Shown: positions 1 to 9,774, counted from the first letter of the stretch. The stretch: 62,740 nucleotides of DNA from Vicinamibacteraceae bacterium (GCA_012271165.1 JAAXGX010000142.1:33398-96137); one strand, 5' to 3'. Translations and numbers: made by a program. The notes: generated by a model from the sequence alone, not told the origin.

Positions 1-46
1 TCCCCGCAAGCGGACGCCGGGGGGTCAGGACGCAGGCCCGTCTGAT
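1..46 (-). repeat. Edge-truncated copy (A) of a ~94-97 nt GC-rich intergenic repeat element
   Basis: Reverse complement of 1-46 (ATCAGACGGGCCTGCGTCCTGACCCCCCGGCGTCCGCTTGCGGGGA) matches 12222-12267 with 3 mismatches counted by eye. Confidence 0.8.
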
Positions 47-161
47 TGATGCCCATCCGGACGATTGAATCGACTCTTCAACAATTTGGTCGCGACGGAT
101 CCCGGCTGCCCGCTGAGCGGGGTGGATCTCAGTACGTTTCGGTGTTTTCGCGGAACGTTCT

Positions 162-3095
162 TTGCAAGCGTCTAGCCGTACCCGGTCCATGAAGGATTCG
201 ATGCCGTCGATTCGGCGGGACGCCTATCGCCGGCGTCGCTCGCTCGGCTGGAGCCGCGCACTGCTGGCGGTGGGTGTCGTTGCCGTCCTGTTGTGCCTGG
301 CGGCGGCCAACGTGCTGCGGGCAGGCTGGACCGAGGCCGAGGACGGCGTGTTGTGGGTCGAGCGGCCGGCGGGGCTCGTTGCGGCCGAAATCGCACCGGG
401 ATCCCCGGCGGTCCGCGCCGGTCTCTCGCCCGGGGACGTCCTGCTCGCGGTCGACGGCGTGCCGATCGAGTCGCGGGCCGCACTTCTCGACATCTTCCAT
501 GCCGGCGGCGACGGGGCGGCGCGTGCCTACACCGTGCTCCGGCTGGGCCGCCAGGAGCTGCACGAGCTCTCGCTGGACATCCTCCCGGACGGCAGGCCCC
601 GCCTGTACCTCGTGCTGGTCGCCATCGGCGTCTTCACCCTGCTCATCGGCACCTCGGTGCGTCTGCGGCGTCCCGACGAGCAGGCGACGCTGCACTTCTT
701 CTGGCTGACCGTCGCGTTCTTCGGCGTATTCGCCTTCTCGTTCAGCGGACGCCTGGATCGCCTCGACTGGGTGTTCTACTGGGCGGACGCGGTATCGATG
801 CTGCTGCTCGCGCCGCTGTTCGTGCACTTCGCCCTGGTCTTTCCCGCACGTGCGCCCGGATCCGTGCCGCGCCGGCTGGGCAGGTCGGTGCTCGCCTCCG
901 TCTACTTCCCGGCCCTCGGGCTCGCGGCGGCCGAGATCGCCGTGCTCGGCGCGCCGGGCGCGGGCCCGCGGTTCGCCGGCGCCGTGGAGCTCATCTGGCA
1001 GCTGGAGGTCGCCTACCTGGCGGTCTGCGCGGTCGGCGGCCTCGCCATCATGATCCGCGCTCTGCGGCAGGCGCCGTCGGTCACCGCGCGGCTGCAGCTG
1101 CGGTGGGTCGTGTCGGGAGCCGTGCTGGGCGGCCTGCCGTTCACCCTGGGCTATGCCGTGCCATGGGCGCTGGGCTTCGACTCCGACTGGCTGCACCTGA
1201 CGGCGGTGACGCTGGTTCTGATCCCGCTCGCGTTCGCGGCGGCCATCGTCCGCTACCGTCTTGGCGACGTCGAGGTGATCGTCAAGCGCGGTCTCGTCTA
1301 CGCGGGCGCAGTCGCGGCGATGGCGGCGATCTATCTGCTTCTCGAGGGACTCGCGACGGCGGTCTTTCTCAACGAGTCGGATCAGCACAACTCGCTCATC
1401 GCGCTCCTGGCGACGCTCGTGGTGGTCTTGCTGGCCAGGCCGGTCAAGGACGCGATCGAGACGATGCTCGATCGCGTCTACTATCGGGACCGGTACGACT
1501 ATCGCCGGGCGCTGGTCGACTTCGCCCGGGATCTCAACAGCGATCTGGACCTCGACCGACTGGCCGAGCGGCTCGTGACACGCGTCGCCGAGACGCTGGT
1601 CGTCGACAGGATGGTCCTGTTGCAGGGCGCGGCCGGCGGGGGTCCGTCCGATGGCGCCTTCCGCCCGGTGCGGTGGACCGGCTTCGAGACGCCGCCGCCG
1701 CCGCTGGGCGCCGATGCCGGCGTCGCCGGCCTGCTGCAGGAGTGCCGCACCATCGCCCTCGACGACCCGGCGCTCGCGCAGCGGCTGGCCGCGGGCGATG
1801 CCGCGTTCTGGAGAGAGCGCGGGCTCTACTACTTCGCGCCCTGCATCGCCGAAGGCGCGACGATTGCCGTGATGGCGCTGGGCCGGAAGAGCAGCGGGGA
1901 GCCGCTGAGCAGCGAGGACATGGCGCTGCTGGCCGCCGTTGCGGGTCAGGTCGCGACGGCACTCGAGAACGGCCGGCTGTACGGACAGCTGCGTCAGAAG
2001 GCGGCCGAGCTCGATCGGATGCACCAGTTCAGCCAGAACATCATCGAGTCGCTGAGTGACGGGCTCGTGGCTGTCGACCTCGCCGGACAGGTCATCCTGT
2101 GGAACGCGGAGCTCGAACGGATCTACGGCGTCGCACGGGCGGCGGCCGTCGGGAGCACCCTCGACACCCTCTTCGATCCGCCGGTGGTCGCGCGGCTGCG
2201 GTCCGACGGCGGCGAGACCCCCGGGGTTCGCCGTCGAGTGCCGTTGCGGTCGCGGCACGCGGGCGATCCGCGCCGGCTGCTGGTCAACCTCGCGACCGCT
2301 CCACTGCTGACGCCCGACGGCGAGACCAGTGGCATGATCGTCATCGTCGAGGACATCACGCGGCGCGTTCAGCTCGAGGAGCAGCTGCAGATATCGGAGA
2401 AGATGGCGTCGGTCGGACTGCTGGCCGCCGGCGTGGCCCACGAGGTGAACACGCCCCTGACCGGCATCTCGAGCTTCACCCAGATGCTGCTCGACGAAGC
2501 CGACCCCGACGACCCTCGGCGGCCCGTCCTGAAGAAGATCGAGAAACAGACCTTCCGCGCCGCGAAGATCGTCAACGGGCTGCTCAACCTGGCGCGTCCG
2601 GGACGCTCGGAGGCGGCCGGCCCGGTCGACATCAACGGCGTCGTCAACGAGGTGCTGGCGTTGCTCGAGCCCCAGCTCGCCGCCGGCAGCGTCAAGGTGC
2701 GGCGCGAGCTGGCCGGGTCGCCGCTCGTCGTGCAGGGCGTGGACTTCAAGCTGCAGCAGGTCTTCCTGAATCTCTTCCTGAACGCCCGCGACGCCATGCC
2801 GGGCGGCGGATGGCTCACCATCCGCACCCGTGTCGAGGGCCGGCAGGCGGTCGTCGAGGTGGCGGACACCGGCTCCGGGATTCCCCCGGAGCTGCTCTCC
2901 CGGATCTACGATCCGTTCTTGACCACGAAGGCGACCGGCAAGGGTACCGGCCTCGGCCTCTCGGTGATCTACGGGGTCATGCAGGAGCATCATGGCATGA
3001 TCGAATGCGCGAGCGAGCCCGATCGGGGCACGCGGTTCACGCTGAGGCTGCCGCTGGCGGCCGCGCGGGAGCGGACGGCCGGCGCCGCCCGCTGA
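162..3095 (+). CDS. Membrane sensor histidine kinase with N-terminal PDZ-like domain, multi-TM block, GAF/PAS-like region, HisKA and HATPase_c
   Basis: 977-aa ORF. PDZ-like GSPAVRAGLSPGDVLLAVDGVPI, H-box VAHEVNTPLTGI, ATPase boxes DTGSGIP and GKGTGLGLSV. The start may be a downstream ATG (189 or 201). Confidence 0.85.
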   Translation: MQASSRTRSMKDSMPSIRRDAYRRRRSLGWSRALLAVGVVAVLLCLAAANVLRAGWTEAEDGVLWVERPAGLVAAEIAPGSPAVRAGLSPGDVLLAVDGVPIESRAALLDIFHAGGDGAARAYTVLRLGRQELHELSLDILPDGRPRLYLVLVAIGVFTLLIGTSVRLRRPDEQATLHFFWLTVAFFGVFAFSFSGRLDRLDWVFYWADAVSMLLLAPLFVHFALVFPARAPGSVPRRLGRSVLASVYFPALGLAAAEIAVLGAPGAGPRFAGAVELIWQLEVAYLAVCAVGGLAIMIRALRQAPSVTARLQLRWVVSGAVLGGLPFTLGYAVPWALGFDSDWLHLTAVTLVLIPLAFAAAIVRYRLGDVEVIVKRGLVYAGAVAAMAAIYLLLEGLATAVFLNESDQHNSLIALLATLVVVLLARPVKDAIETMLDRVYYRDRYDYRRALVDFARDLNSDLDLDRLAERLVTRVAETLVVDRMVLLQGAAGGGPSDGAFRPVRWTGFETPPPPLGADAGVAGLLQECRTIALDDPALAQRLAAGDAAFWRERGLYYFAPCIAEGATIAVMALGRKSSGEPLSSEDMALLAAVAGQVATALENGRLYGQLRQKAAELDRMHQFSQNIIESLSDGLVAVDLAGQVILWNAELERIYGVARAAAVGSTLDTLFDPPVVARLRSDGGETPGVRRRVPLRSRHAGDPRRLLVNLATAPLLTPDGETSGMIVIVEDITRRVQLEEQLQISEKMASVGLLAAGVAHEVNTPLTGISSFTQMLLDEADPDDPRRPVLKKIEKQTFRAAKIVNGLLNLARPGRSEAAGPVDINGVVNEVLALLEPQLAAGSVKVRRELAGSPLVVQGVDFKLQQVFLNLFLNARDAMPGGGWLTIRTRVEGRQAVVEVADTGSGIPPELLSRIYDPFLTTKATGKGTGLGLSVIYGVMQEHHGMIECASEPDRGTRFTLRLPLAAARERTAGAAR

Positions 3096-3111
3096 TCCCA
3101 TCCATCCGCAC

Positions 3112-4623
3112 ATGCTGCGCAACGCCTCGATCCTGGTCGTGGACGACGAAGAGATCATGCGCGAGATCCTCGAGTCGCTGCTGTCCCGCCAGGGGTGTCG
3201 GGTGCGCCTCGCCGGCTCGGGCGAGGAAGCGGTCGAGATGGCGAAGGCCGACCCGTTCGACGCCGCCGTCGTCGACGTGATGATGCCGGGCATCGACGGG
3301 CTCGAGACGCTCGAGCAGCTGCAGCGGATCGACGCGGACCTGCCCGTCGTCATGATCACCGCCTTCGGAACCGCCGCCAACACCCGTGAAGCGTTCAAGC
3401 GGGGTGCGTTCGACTTCATCGAGAAGCCGTTCAAGAACGATGACGTGCTGGTCGTGCTGCGCAACGCGGTGGCCCAACGGCGCCTCGTCACCGAGAACCG
3501 GACGCTGCGTCAGAGCCTGCAGCTGCAGAGCCATCGCCTCAGCGATCTGATAGGGCGCAGCCCCCGCATGCGGCGGGTCTTCGACCTCATCACCCAGGCG
3601 GCGCCGAGCCGGACGACCATCCTCGTGCAGGGCGAGAGCGGGACCGGGAAGGAGCTGGTCGCCCGCGCGGTCCACGCCAACTCGGCGCGCAGCGACCGGC
3701 CCTTCATCACGGTGAACTCCGGAAGCCTCCCGCCCGACCTCCTCGAGTCGAACCTGTTCGGCCATGTCAAGGGCGCATTCACGGGCGCGGTATCGCTGAA
3801 GAAGGGCCTGTTCGAGCTCGCGGATCGGGGCAGCATCTTCTTCGACGAAATCGGGACCGTGCCGCTCGAGACGCAGGCCAAGCTGCTGCGCGTCATTCAG
3901 GAGCGCGAGTTCATGCGCCTGGGCGGCGTGGACACGCTCAAGGTGGACGTTCGCATCATCGCCGCGACGAACGTCGACCTGAAGCAGCTGGTCGACAACG
4001 GGGAGTTCCGGGAGGACCTGTACTACCGCCTCCACGTCATCAGCATCGAGCTCCCGGGCCTCCGCGAGCGGCGGGAGGACATTCCGCTGCTCGCGCAGCA
4101 CTTCCTGGCCAAGTACGGGAAGGAGAACCGGAAGCCCGGACTCGAGCTCGCCCCGGAGGCGCTCCGGCTCCTGGAGGAGTACGACTGGCCGGGCAACGTG
4201 CGGGAGCTCGAGAACGTGATCGAGAGGGCCGTCGTGCTCACGTCGGGAACGACCATCGGCACCAGCCTGATGCCGGATTCGATCCGGACTCCGCAGCGGT
4301 TCCAGTTGCCGAGCTTCGAGATGCCGCCCGACGGGATCCCGTTCCGGAAGGTGATCGAAGAGATGGAGACGATGCTGATCACGCGGTCGCTCGACGCGGC
4401 CGGCGGCATCCAGAAGCGCGCGGCGGAGCTGCTGCAGATCAAGCCGACGACGCTCAACGAGATGATCAAGCGCTACGGCATCCGCCCGCGGGGGAAGCGC
4501 GGCGCAGCCGCGGAGCGGAAGAGCGAGTCGGCCCTTGCCGGCGCCCGCCAGCCGCGCCCGCGGGACCTGCCGGATTCGGTCGCCGCCAACCTGATCGACA
4601 AGCGCCTGTCGTCACGCGGTTGA
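3112..4623 (+). CDS. Sigma-54-dependent response regulator (NtrC family: REC + AAA+ + Fis-type HTH)
   Basis: ILVVDDE and VDVMMPGIDG receiver motifs; Walker A GESGTGKE; GAFTGA sigma-54 contact loop; C-terminal HTH (AAELLQIKPTTLNEMIKRYGI). Lies 16 nt after the kinase gene. Confidence 0.92.
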   Translation: MLRNASILVVDDEEIMREILESLLSRQGCRVRLAGSGEEAVEMAKADPFDAAVVDVMMPGIDGLETLEQLQRIDADLPVVMITAFGTAANTREAFKRGAFDFIEKPFKNDDVLVVLRNAVAQRRLVTENRTLRQSLQLQSHRLSDLIGRSPRMRRVFDLITQAAPSRTTILVQGESGTGKELVARAVHANSARSDRPFITVNSGSLPPDLLESNLFGHVKGAFTGAVSLKKGLFELADRGSIFFDEIGTVPLETQAKLLRVIQEREFMRLGGVDTLKVDVRIIAATNVDLKQLVDNGEFREDLYYRLHVISIELPGLRERREDIPLLAQHFLAKYGKENRKPGLELAPEALRLLEEYDWPGNVRELENVIERAVVLTSGTTIGTSLMPDSIRTPQRFQLPSFEMPPDGIPFRKVIEEMETMLITRSLDAAGGIQKRAAELLQIKPTTLNEMIKRYGIRPRGKRGAAAERKSESALAGARQPRPRDLPDSVAANLIDKRLSSRG

Positions 4624-5931
4624 CTGCTGCCCGCGCGACCTGCGCCGCCGGCGGGGAGCCGCTCGCCGGCGGCTCCTGCGCCCGACGGCGGCAATCAACC
4701 GCTCGTACTTGTCCAGGATGGCCGGCCAACTGTAGTGGTCCCGGACGTAGCGTCGCCCGTTGCGGCCCATTGCCGCCCGCAGCTCGTCGTCGCCGACCAG
4801 CAGCTGCAGGCACTCGGCGAACTCGGCGCTGTCGACGTAGTACAACCCGGCGTTGCTCCGCTGGCAGTGGTCCGTCAGCACGTCGCTCCGGGCGTTGGCG
4901 ATGATCGGCGTCCCGACGGCGAGCGCTTCGAGCGCGGGCAGCGACAGGCTCTCGCGAGGCGACGGCGCGACGACGACCGTCGCGGCTTCCAGCGCTTCGA
5001 GCCGCTCGCTCTCCGTCAGCATGCCGGCGAATCGAATGAACGGCTCCTCGGGAATGCGCATGAGCTTGGCGCCCATGAGGACCAGCGTCGCCTCGCCGCG
5101 TTGCGCCGCATAGCTGCCGAAGTACTCGATGAGCTCCTCGCACCCCGTGCCAGCCTCGACGCGCTCGCCGTAGAGCGCGAGGGGTCCGTACAGCCGGTGG
5201 CGGCGCCTGAATACGGCGCCGCGCATCCGCGGCTGCCCGTCGGCGCCGCCCGCCGTCGGGGTCGCGCCGCTCGTCTCCGCGTCGGCCTCCGCTGGTGCGA
5301 GCTGCTCCGCATCGAGGTGCGGCGGCAGCTCCACGCCGCAACCCACGATCTCCTCGGCGTGCGCCTCGATCGAGAAGCGGCTGCGCAGGAAGCCGCGTTC
5401 GACGCCGGTGTCGTAGGCGATTCCCGCCGGCAGGGAGAACATCGGGCGGTAGGTGTCCAGACGGATCGCCGGCTCGTCCTGCGCCGTCGGCACCAGGATG
5501 CTGCGCCGCGGATCGACACGCAGACCGAGCACCGTGGGCGCGTACCGATAGCCGAAGAAGATGAGGGCGTCGTACGACTCGTGACGCTGCTCCAGGTACT
5601 CGATGAGCGCCGGGCACCACGGACCCTGCTGCTGCAGCCAGCTTTCCTCGTCCTGCGCGGTGTGGGGATTGGCGAAGATCCAGTCGGAGTACTCCTCGAA
5701 GGCCCCGGGGTCGCGGATCTGCGCGTTGGCGAATCGCCGCACGGTCACGCCGCGCACCCGGTCCGGTCCCGCGGGGTATGCGTTGTCCCAGGTCGCGGCG
5801 TCCCGGGCGCAGGTGGTCAGCACGTCGACGTCGTGGCGCTGCGACAGGTGCTCGGCTATCAACCGGCAGTGGTGCTCGGGGCCGGCTGCCAGCTCGGCGC
5901 CGTAGCGCTGAACGATGAGAGCGATTGTCAC
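4612..5931 (-). CDS. Glycosyltransferase, GT-B fold (family 1/4-like)
   Basis: C-terminal SPRESLSLPALEALAVGTPIIAN (E-x7-E-type region). Start placed at GTG 5931 (VTIALIVQRYG) because the 67 upstream codons of the ORF are Arg/Pro low-complexity. Its 3' end overlaps the regulator gene by 12 nt (convergent). Confidence 0.8.
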   Translation of the reverse strand: MTIALIVQRYGAELAAGPEHHCRLIAEHLSQRHDVDVLTTCARDAATWDNAYPAGPDRVRGVTVRRFANAQIRDPGAFEEYSDWIFANPHTAQDEESWLQQQGPWCPALIEYLEQRHESYDALIFFGYRYAPTVLGLRVDPRRSILVPTAQDEPAIRLDTYRPMFSLPAGIAYDTGVERGFLRSRFSIEAHAEEIVGCGVELPPHLDAEQLAPAEADAETSGATPTAGGADGQPRMRGAVFRRRHRLYGPLALYGERVEAGTGCEELIEYFGSYAAQRGEATLVLMGAKLMRIPEEPFIRFAGMLTESERLEALEAATVVVAPSPRESLSLPALEALAVGTPIIANARSDVLTDHCQRSNAGLYYVDSAEFAECLQLLVGDDELRAAMGRNGRRYVRDHYSWPAILDKYERLIAAVGRRSRRRAAPRRRRRSRGQQSTA

Positions 5932-6034
5932 GGCATCGAGACCGGCGCGCGGCGCGCGGCGGCAACGCGGCACCGCCGGAGCTGCGAGGCGGGTACGATC
6001 GGACGGCGTGGCACGCGCTGGGGCACCGCCGCCT

Positions 6035-6952
6035 TCACTGGCTCGGTGAGTCCGGCTCGCCGGACGGCTGCGCGGACGGCGGCGACTCGCTCTCGCTCGG
6101 GGGCTCGGAAGCCGGTTCCGGAGGCGCCGCATCGTCGGCGGGCTGATCGCCCGCGGCGGACTGCGCCCCGGCCGCGGACGTGCCCTCGGCGTCCGTGGCG
6201 GTGCGGGCGGATCGCCGCCTGCCCCGGCGTCGTCGTCGTCGCTTGGGCTCCGCGCCCTCGGCCTGCCCGTCGCCGCTGTCCGCGCCAGCCGCGGCCTGCA
6301 CCGCGTCCCGTCGCTGCGCGACGCCCTCCACGGCGCGGGCCTGCCGCTCGCTGAAGTCCAGTCGTCCGGCGACCGACTCGACGCGCGCCCGGTGGTTCTT
6401 CATGTCGACGGAGAGGCGGGTCATCTCGAGGACGAGATTGTTCATGACCTCGTAGTTCAGGGCGTCGATCTCCTCGCGGGCGGCGAGCCGCGAGTTGCTG
6501 AGCGCGAGGAGCCTGGCCACCCTGTCGACGAACTGCGCGTGCTGCGCGTTGATCTCGCGCTGGACCTGCAGGGCCTGCACGATCGGGTCGACGTCGAAGA
6601 AGAGCTTGAGGATCGGGCTGAGCAGCCTGCGGACGGGGTAGAGCAGCCACCCCAGGAACCCGCGCGAGGCGTAGATGCTCTGGGGACCGAACTCGAACGA
6701 CTCGGGCGCGGACGGCGCCGGCGCCGTATCCTGCTCCCGCCGCCGCTGCCGCGAGCGATCGACGAGTTCCGGGCGGGCCTTGGCCGGCTCCAGCAGCCCC
6801 TCGAGCTTCACGTTCGCCTGCTCCCGGACCTGCTGCTCGGTGTAGTCCTCGCCGTGCTTCTCCTTGATGCGGTCACGGACCTGCTCCATGATCCGCACCA
6901 CGTCGACGCCGTCTGACTGGGTGGAGAACTCGGACATGAGTTGCCCTGGCAA
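6035..6952 (-). CDS. Hypothetical protein: coiled-coil-like core, poly-Arg tract and Pro/Ser/Glu-rich tail
   Basis: 305-aa ORF with high third-position GC. Ordered N-terminal two-thirds (IMEQVRDRIKEKHGEDYTEQQVREQ..., NYEVMNNLVLEMTRLSVDMKNHRARVESV), then KRRRRRRGRRR and a PEPASEPPSESESPP tail. No family recognised. Alternative start MSEFS at 6937. Confidence 0.6.
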   Translation of the reverse strand: MPGQLMSEFSTQSDGVDVVRIMEQVRDRIKEKHGEDYTEQQVREQANVKLEGLLEPAKARPELVDRSRQRRREQDTAPAPSAPESFEFGPQSIYASRGFLGWLLYPVRRLLSPILKLFFDVDPIVQALQVQREINAQHAQFVDRVARLLALSNSRLAAREEIDALNYEVMNNLVLEMTRLSVDMKNHRARVESVAGRLDFSERQARAVEGVAQRRDAVQAAAGADSGDGQAEGAEPKRRRRRRGRRRSARTATDAEGTSAAGAQSAAGDQPADDAAPPEPASEPPSESESPPSAQPSGEPDSPSQ

Positions 6953-7028
6953 CCTTGCCTCCGTCCCGCCGGTTCGCCAGGACTGGCGGAGTCCGCGGCG
7001 CGGCAGCGGACTCCCGGGCCGGCAACAC

Positions 7029-7367
7029 TCAACTGAAGCTGGCCAGCGCCTCCGATTCCGACTCGTAGGTGTCGAAGACCGTGAGCAGCTTGGTGATGGT
7101 CAGCACTTCCCTGATGCGCGCGGTCAGATTCAGCAACCGCAGGGTCCCGCCGCTGCGGGTCACCGTCCGGTAGCTCGATACCATCTGCCCCAGGCCCGCG
7201 CTGTCGACGTACGGCACGTCTCCCAGATTCAGCACGATCTTCGTGTGGCCCTGCTGTACCAGGCTGTTGATCTTGTCCTTCAAGAGCTCGTCGCCGTCGC
7301 CGATCGTGAGCTTGCCATGCAGATCCAGGACCTTGACGTCGCCGCTCGAGCGTTCCGCGATCTCCAT
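7029..7367 (-). CDS. STAS-domain anti-sigma-factor antagonist (SpoIIAA-like)
   Basis: 112 aa; VLDLHGKLTIG ... LNLGDVPYVDSAGLG (conserved phosphorylatable Ser context DSAGLG) ... LLNLTARIREVLTITKL. Confidence 0.85.
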   Translation of the reverse strand: MEIAERSSGDVKVLDLHGKLTIGDGDELLKDKINSLVQQGHTKIVLNLGDVPYVDSAGLGQMVSSYRTVTRSGGTLRLLNLTARIREVLTITKLLTVFDTYESESEALASFS

Positions 7368-7490
7368 CGTTCCTCCGTCACGGTGCGGTGCGGTCGCACC
7401 CGGACCTGGCCCGCCAATCGTCGCCTGACGGCTCCGCTTGGCGCCCCAACCAACCCTGCAGGAGTCCGCGCCGTTCCACGGCGCAGGCTC

Positions 7491-7700
7491 CTAGTCGGCT
7501 TCGCGCCGCATCTTCTTGCGGCTGCGCTTGCGTGCCAACGCCTGCTTGGCGCGGCGCTTGTCACCCGGTTTCAGATAGTAGGAATGCTTCTTGATATCCT
7601 TGATGATATCTTCCTGCTGAACTTTCCGCTTGAAACGGCGAAGCGCACTCTCGATCGACTCGCTTTCCTGGATTCTGACCTCTGCCAAATCGCCTGTCAC
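7491..7700 (-). CDS. rpsU: 30S ribosomal protein S21
   Basis: EVRIQESESIESALRRFKRKVQQEDIIKDIKKHSYYLKPGDKRRAK is a typical S21 sequence. Listed start is GTG 7700; TTG 7688 is an alternative. Confidence 0.93.
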   Translation of the reverse strand: MTGDLAEVRIQESESIESALRRFKRKVQQEDIIKDIKKHSYYLKPGDKRRAKQALARKRSRKKMRREAD

Positions 7701-7751
7701 CCCCCTCGGGCGGCTCCCTGATTCCCGCTCCCTGCGGGCGCCGAACCTGGA

Positions 7752-7781
7752 ATGTTAGGCTGAAATCTCAAGCCATTGCAA
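7752..7781 (-). promoter_or_regulatory. Candidate sigma-70-type promoter for rpsU (TTGCAA-N18-TAACAT on minus strand)
   Basis: TTGCAA at 7776-7781 and the reverse complement of TAACAT at 7752-7757, about 50 nt upstream of the rpsU start. Pattern match only. Confidence 0.3.
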
Positions 7782-7792
7782 GAGCGTAGGAT

Positions 7793-9094
7793 ATGCCGAT
7801 GAAACTGCTGCTGGTGGGAGGCGGGGCGCGCGAGCACGCCCTGGCCTGGAAGCTGTGCCGGGAGCGGACGGTGCGCGAGCTGGTGTGCGCGCCCGGCAAC
7901 GCCGGCATCGCCCGCCTGGCGCGGTGCGTGCCGCTGGACGTCGCGGATCCCGGGGCGATTCTCGACGCCGCGGCGCGCGAGCAGGTCGACTTCACGGTGG
8001 TCGGTCCGGAACTGCCCCTGGCCAGGGGCGTGGCGGACGTCTTTGCCGCCGCGGGCCGGCCGCTGTTCGGACCCCGCAAGGCCGCGGCGCGCCTAGAGAG
8101 CAGCAAGGTCTTCGCCAAGCGGTTCATGGAGCGGCACCGCATTCCGACCGCCCGGTTCCGCGTGTGCGAGACGCCCGCGGACGCCCTGGCCGCCGTCGGC
8201 GGCGGCGAGTTCGGCTTTCCGGTGGTCGTCAAGGCAGACGGGCTGGCCGCCGGCAAGGGGGTGACCGTTGCGCCGGATCGGGAGACGGCGGAGGCGGCGG
8301 TGCGCGCGGCGATGGTCGACGGCCGGTTCGGCGCCGCCGGCGCGAGTCTGGTGATCGAGGAGTGTCTGACCGGAGACGAGGCGTCGTTCTTCGTGCTGTG
8401 CGACGGCCGCCGCGGGGTCGCGCTGCCCTCCGCGCAGGATCACAAGCGGGCGCTCGACGGCGACCGGGGGCCCAACACAGGCGGCATGGGAGCCTTCGCG
8501 CCGAGCCCGCTCGTCTCGCCGGCGTTGGCGGGGCGGGTGATGGCGGATATCGTGCAGCCGGTGCTCGACGGGTTGCGCTCGGAAGGCCAGGAGTACCGCG
8601 GCGTGCTCTACGTCGGACTGATGCTGACGCGCGACGGCCCGCAGGTGATCGAGTTCAACGTCCGCTTCGGCGATCCGGAGGCGCAGGTGGTGCTGCCCAT
8701 GATCGAGACGGACCTGGCGCCGGTCCTGTTCTCGGCGGCGACCGGGGACCTCGGCGCGGCCGAGTCGCGGACCGCGGGCGATCCGCACGTGGGCGTGGTG
8801 GTGGCGTCGGGCGGCTATCCGGGCGCCTTCGAGACCGGCTACGAGATCGACGGCCTGGACGCGGCGGAGGCGCTGCCCGGCGTCGTGGTCTTCCACGCCG
8901 GATCCGGCTTGCGGGACGGCCGCATCGTGACGAGCGGCGGCCGGGTGCTGACGGTCGTGGGCCGGGGAGGCACGTTCGCGGAGGCCCGCGTCCGCGCGTA
9001 CGAGGCGGCTGCGTGCATCTCGTTTCCGCACAAGCACGTGCGGACCGATATCGGCATGAAGGCCTTGGCGGCGGTAGACGACGGCGCAGCGTGA
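7793..9094 (+). CDS. purD: Phosphoribosylamine-glycine ligase
   Basis: MKLLLVGGGAREHALAWKL N-terminus, ATP-grasp core (VVVKADGLAAGKGV), NTGGMGAF, EFNVRFGDPE. Confidence 0.95.
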   Translation: MPMKLLLVGGGAREHALAWKLCRERTVRELVCAPGNAGIARLARCVPLDVADPGAILDAAAREQVDFTVVGPELPLARGVADVFAAAGRPLFGPRKAAARLESSKVFAKRFMERHRIPTARFRVCETPADALAAVGGGEFGFPVVVKADGLAAGKGVTVAPDRETAEAAVRAAMVDGRFGAAGASLVIEECLTGDEASFFVLCDGRRGVALPSAQDHKRALDGDRGPNTGGMGAFAPSPLVSPALAGRVMADIVQPVLDGLRSEGQEYRGVLYVGLMLTRDGPQVIEFNVRFGDPEAQVVLPMIETDLAPVLFSAATGDLGAAESRTAGDPHVGVVVASGGYPGAFETGYEIDGLDAAEALPGVVVFHAGSGLRDGRIVTSGGRVLTVVGRGGTFAEARVRAYEAAACISFPHKHVRTDIGMKALAAVDDGAA

Positions 9095-9100
9095 GGTGAC

Positions 9101-9607
9101 GTGATGGCGAAGCGACAGGTGCAGATTCTGATGGGTTCCGACTCCGACGCGCCGGTCATGCAGCGGGCGGTCGACCAGTTGCGGGCGTTCGGCATCGAGT
9201 GCGGCATGACGGTGGCCTCGGCGCACCGCTCCCCCGACCGCGTCCACCGCCTGGTCCGGCAGGCACGCGAGGACGGCGTGGGGGTGTTCATCGTCGGTGC
9301 CGGCGCCGCGGCGCATCTGGCCGGGGTCGTGGCGGCCCACGCGACGCAGCCGGTCATCGGCGTGCCGATCGACTCGTCCCCGCTCAAGGGGTGGGACGCG
9401 TTGCTGGCCACGGTGCAGATGCCGCCCGGGGTGCCGGTGGCCACCGTTTCCGTGGGTGCGGCCGGCGCCACCAACGCAGCCGTCCTGGCCGCCCAGATCC
9501 TGGCTGTCGGCGACGCGCGAATCGCCGCGGCGCTCGACGAGTACAAGCAGCAGCTCGCCCGCAAGGTCGAGGCCGCGGCGGCCCGCGTGGAGGGCGACGG
9601 CGCCTGA
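9101..9607 (+). CDS. purE: 5-(carboxyamino)imidazole ribonucleotide mutase
   Basis: [35 protein letters not shown] motifs; 6 nt after purD. Confidence 0.95.
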   Translation: MMAKRQVQILMGSDSDAPVMQRAVDQLRAFGIECGMTVASAHRSPDRVHRLVRQAREDGVGVFIVGAGAAAHLAGVVAAHATQPVIGVPIDSSPLKGWDALLATVQMPPGVPVATVSVGAAGATNAAVLAAQILAVGDARIAAALDEYKQQLARKVEAAAARVEGDGA

Positions 9608-9613
9608 CGAATT

Positions 9614-9650
9614 CCTGAACGCGGACTTCAGGTTCTCTTCAGTTTTTCTT
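9614..9650 (+). terminator. Candidate intrinsic terminator after purE
   Basis: CCTGAA (9614-9619) / 7-nt loop / TTCAGG (9627-9632), followed by T-rich TTCTCTTCAGTTTTTCTT. Confidence 0.5.
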
Positions 9651-9774
9651 AAGGTGCGCCGGCACCGGCGCCCAGCTATCCTCCTGCACGCAACACACAC
9701 CCCCTTGGACCCCAGCGGGTCGGCCTGCGTGCGCAGGCCGGTCCGCGTCGGGGCCTCACGCGAGGAGGATCACA

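Noticed and set aside
129-3491. 1120-aa ORF on the minus strand, the second-longest in the track
   Set aside because: It is antisense to the histidine kinase and response-regulator genes, which have unambiguous catalytic motifs. Its translation is Arg/Pro/Gly/Ala low-complexity, typical of shadow ORFs in high-GC DNA.
9608-9774. Possible cobalamin or other riboswitch upstream of the TonB-dependent receptor
   Set aside because: I could not find a B12-box-like sequence (GCCACTG) or any other recognisable riboswitch core. The region is better explained by the purE terminator plus a promoter.
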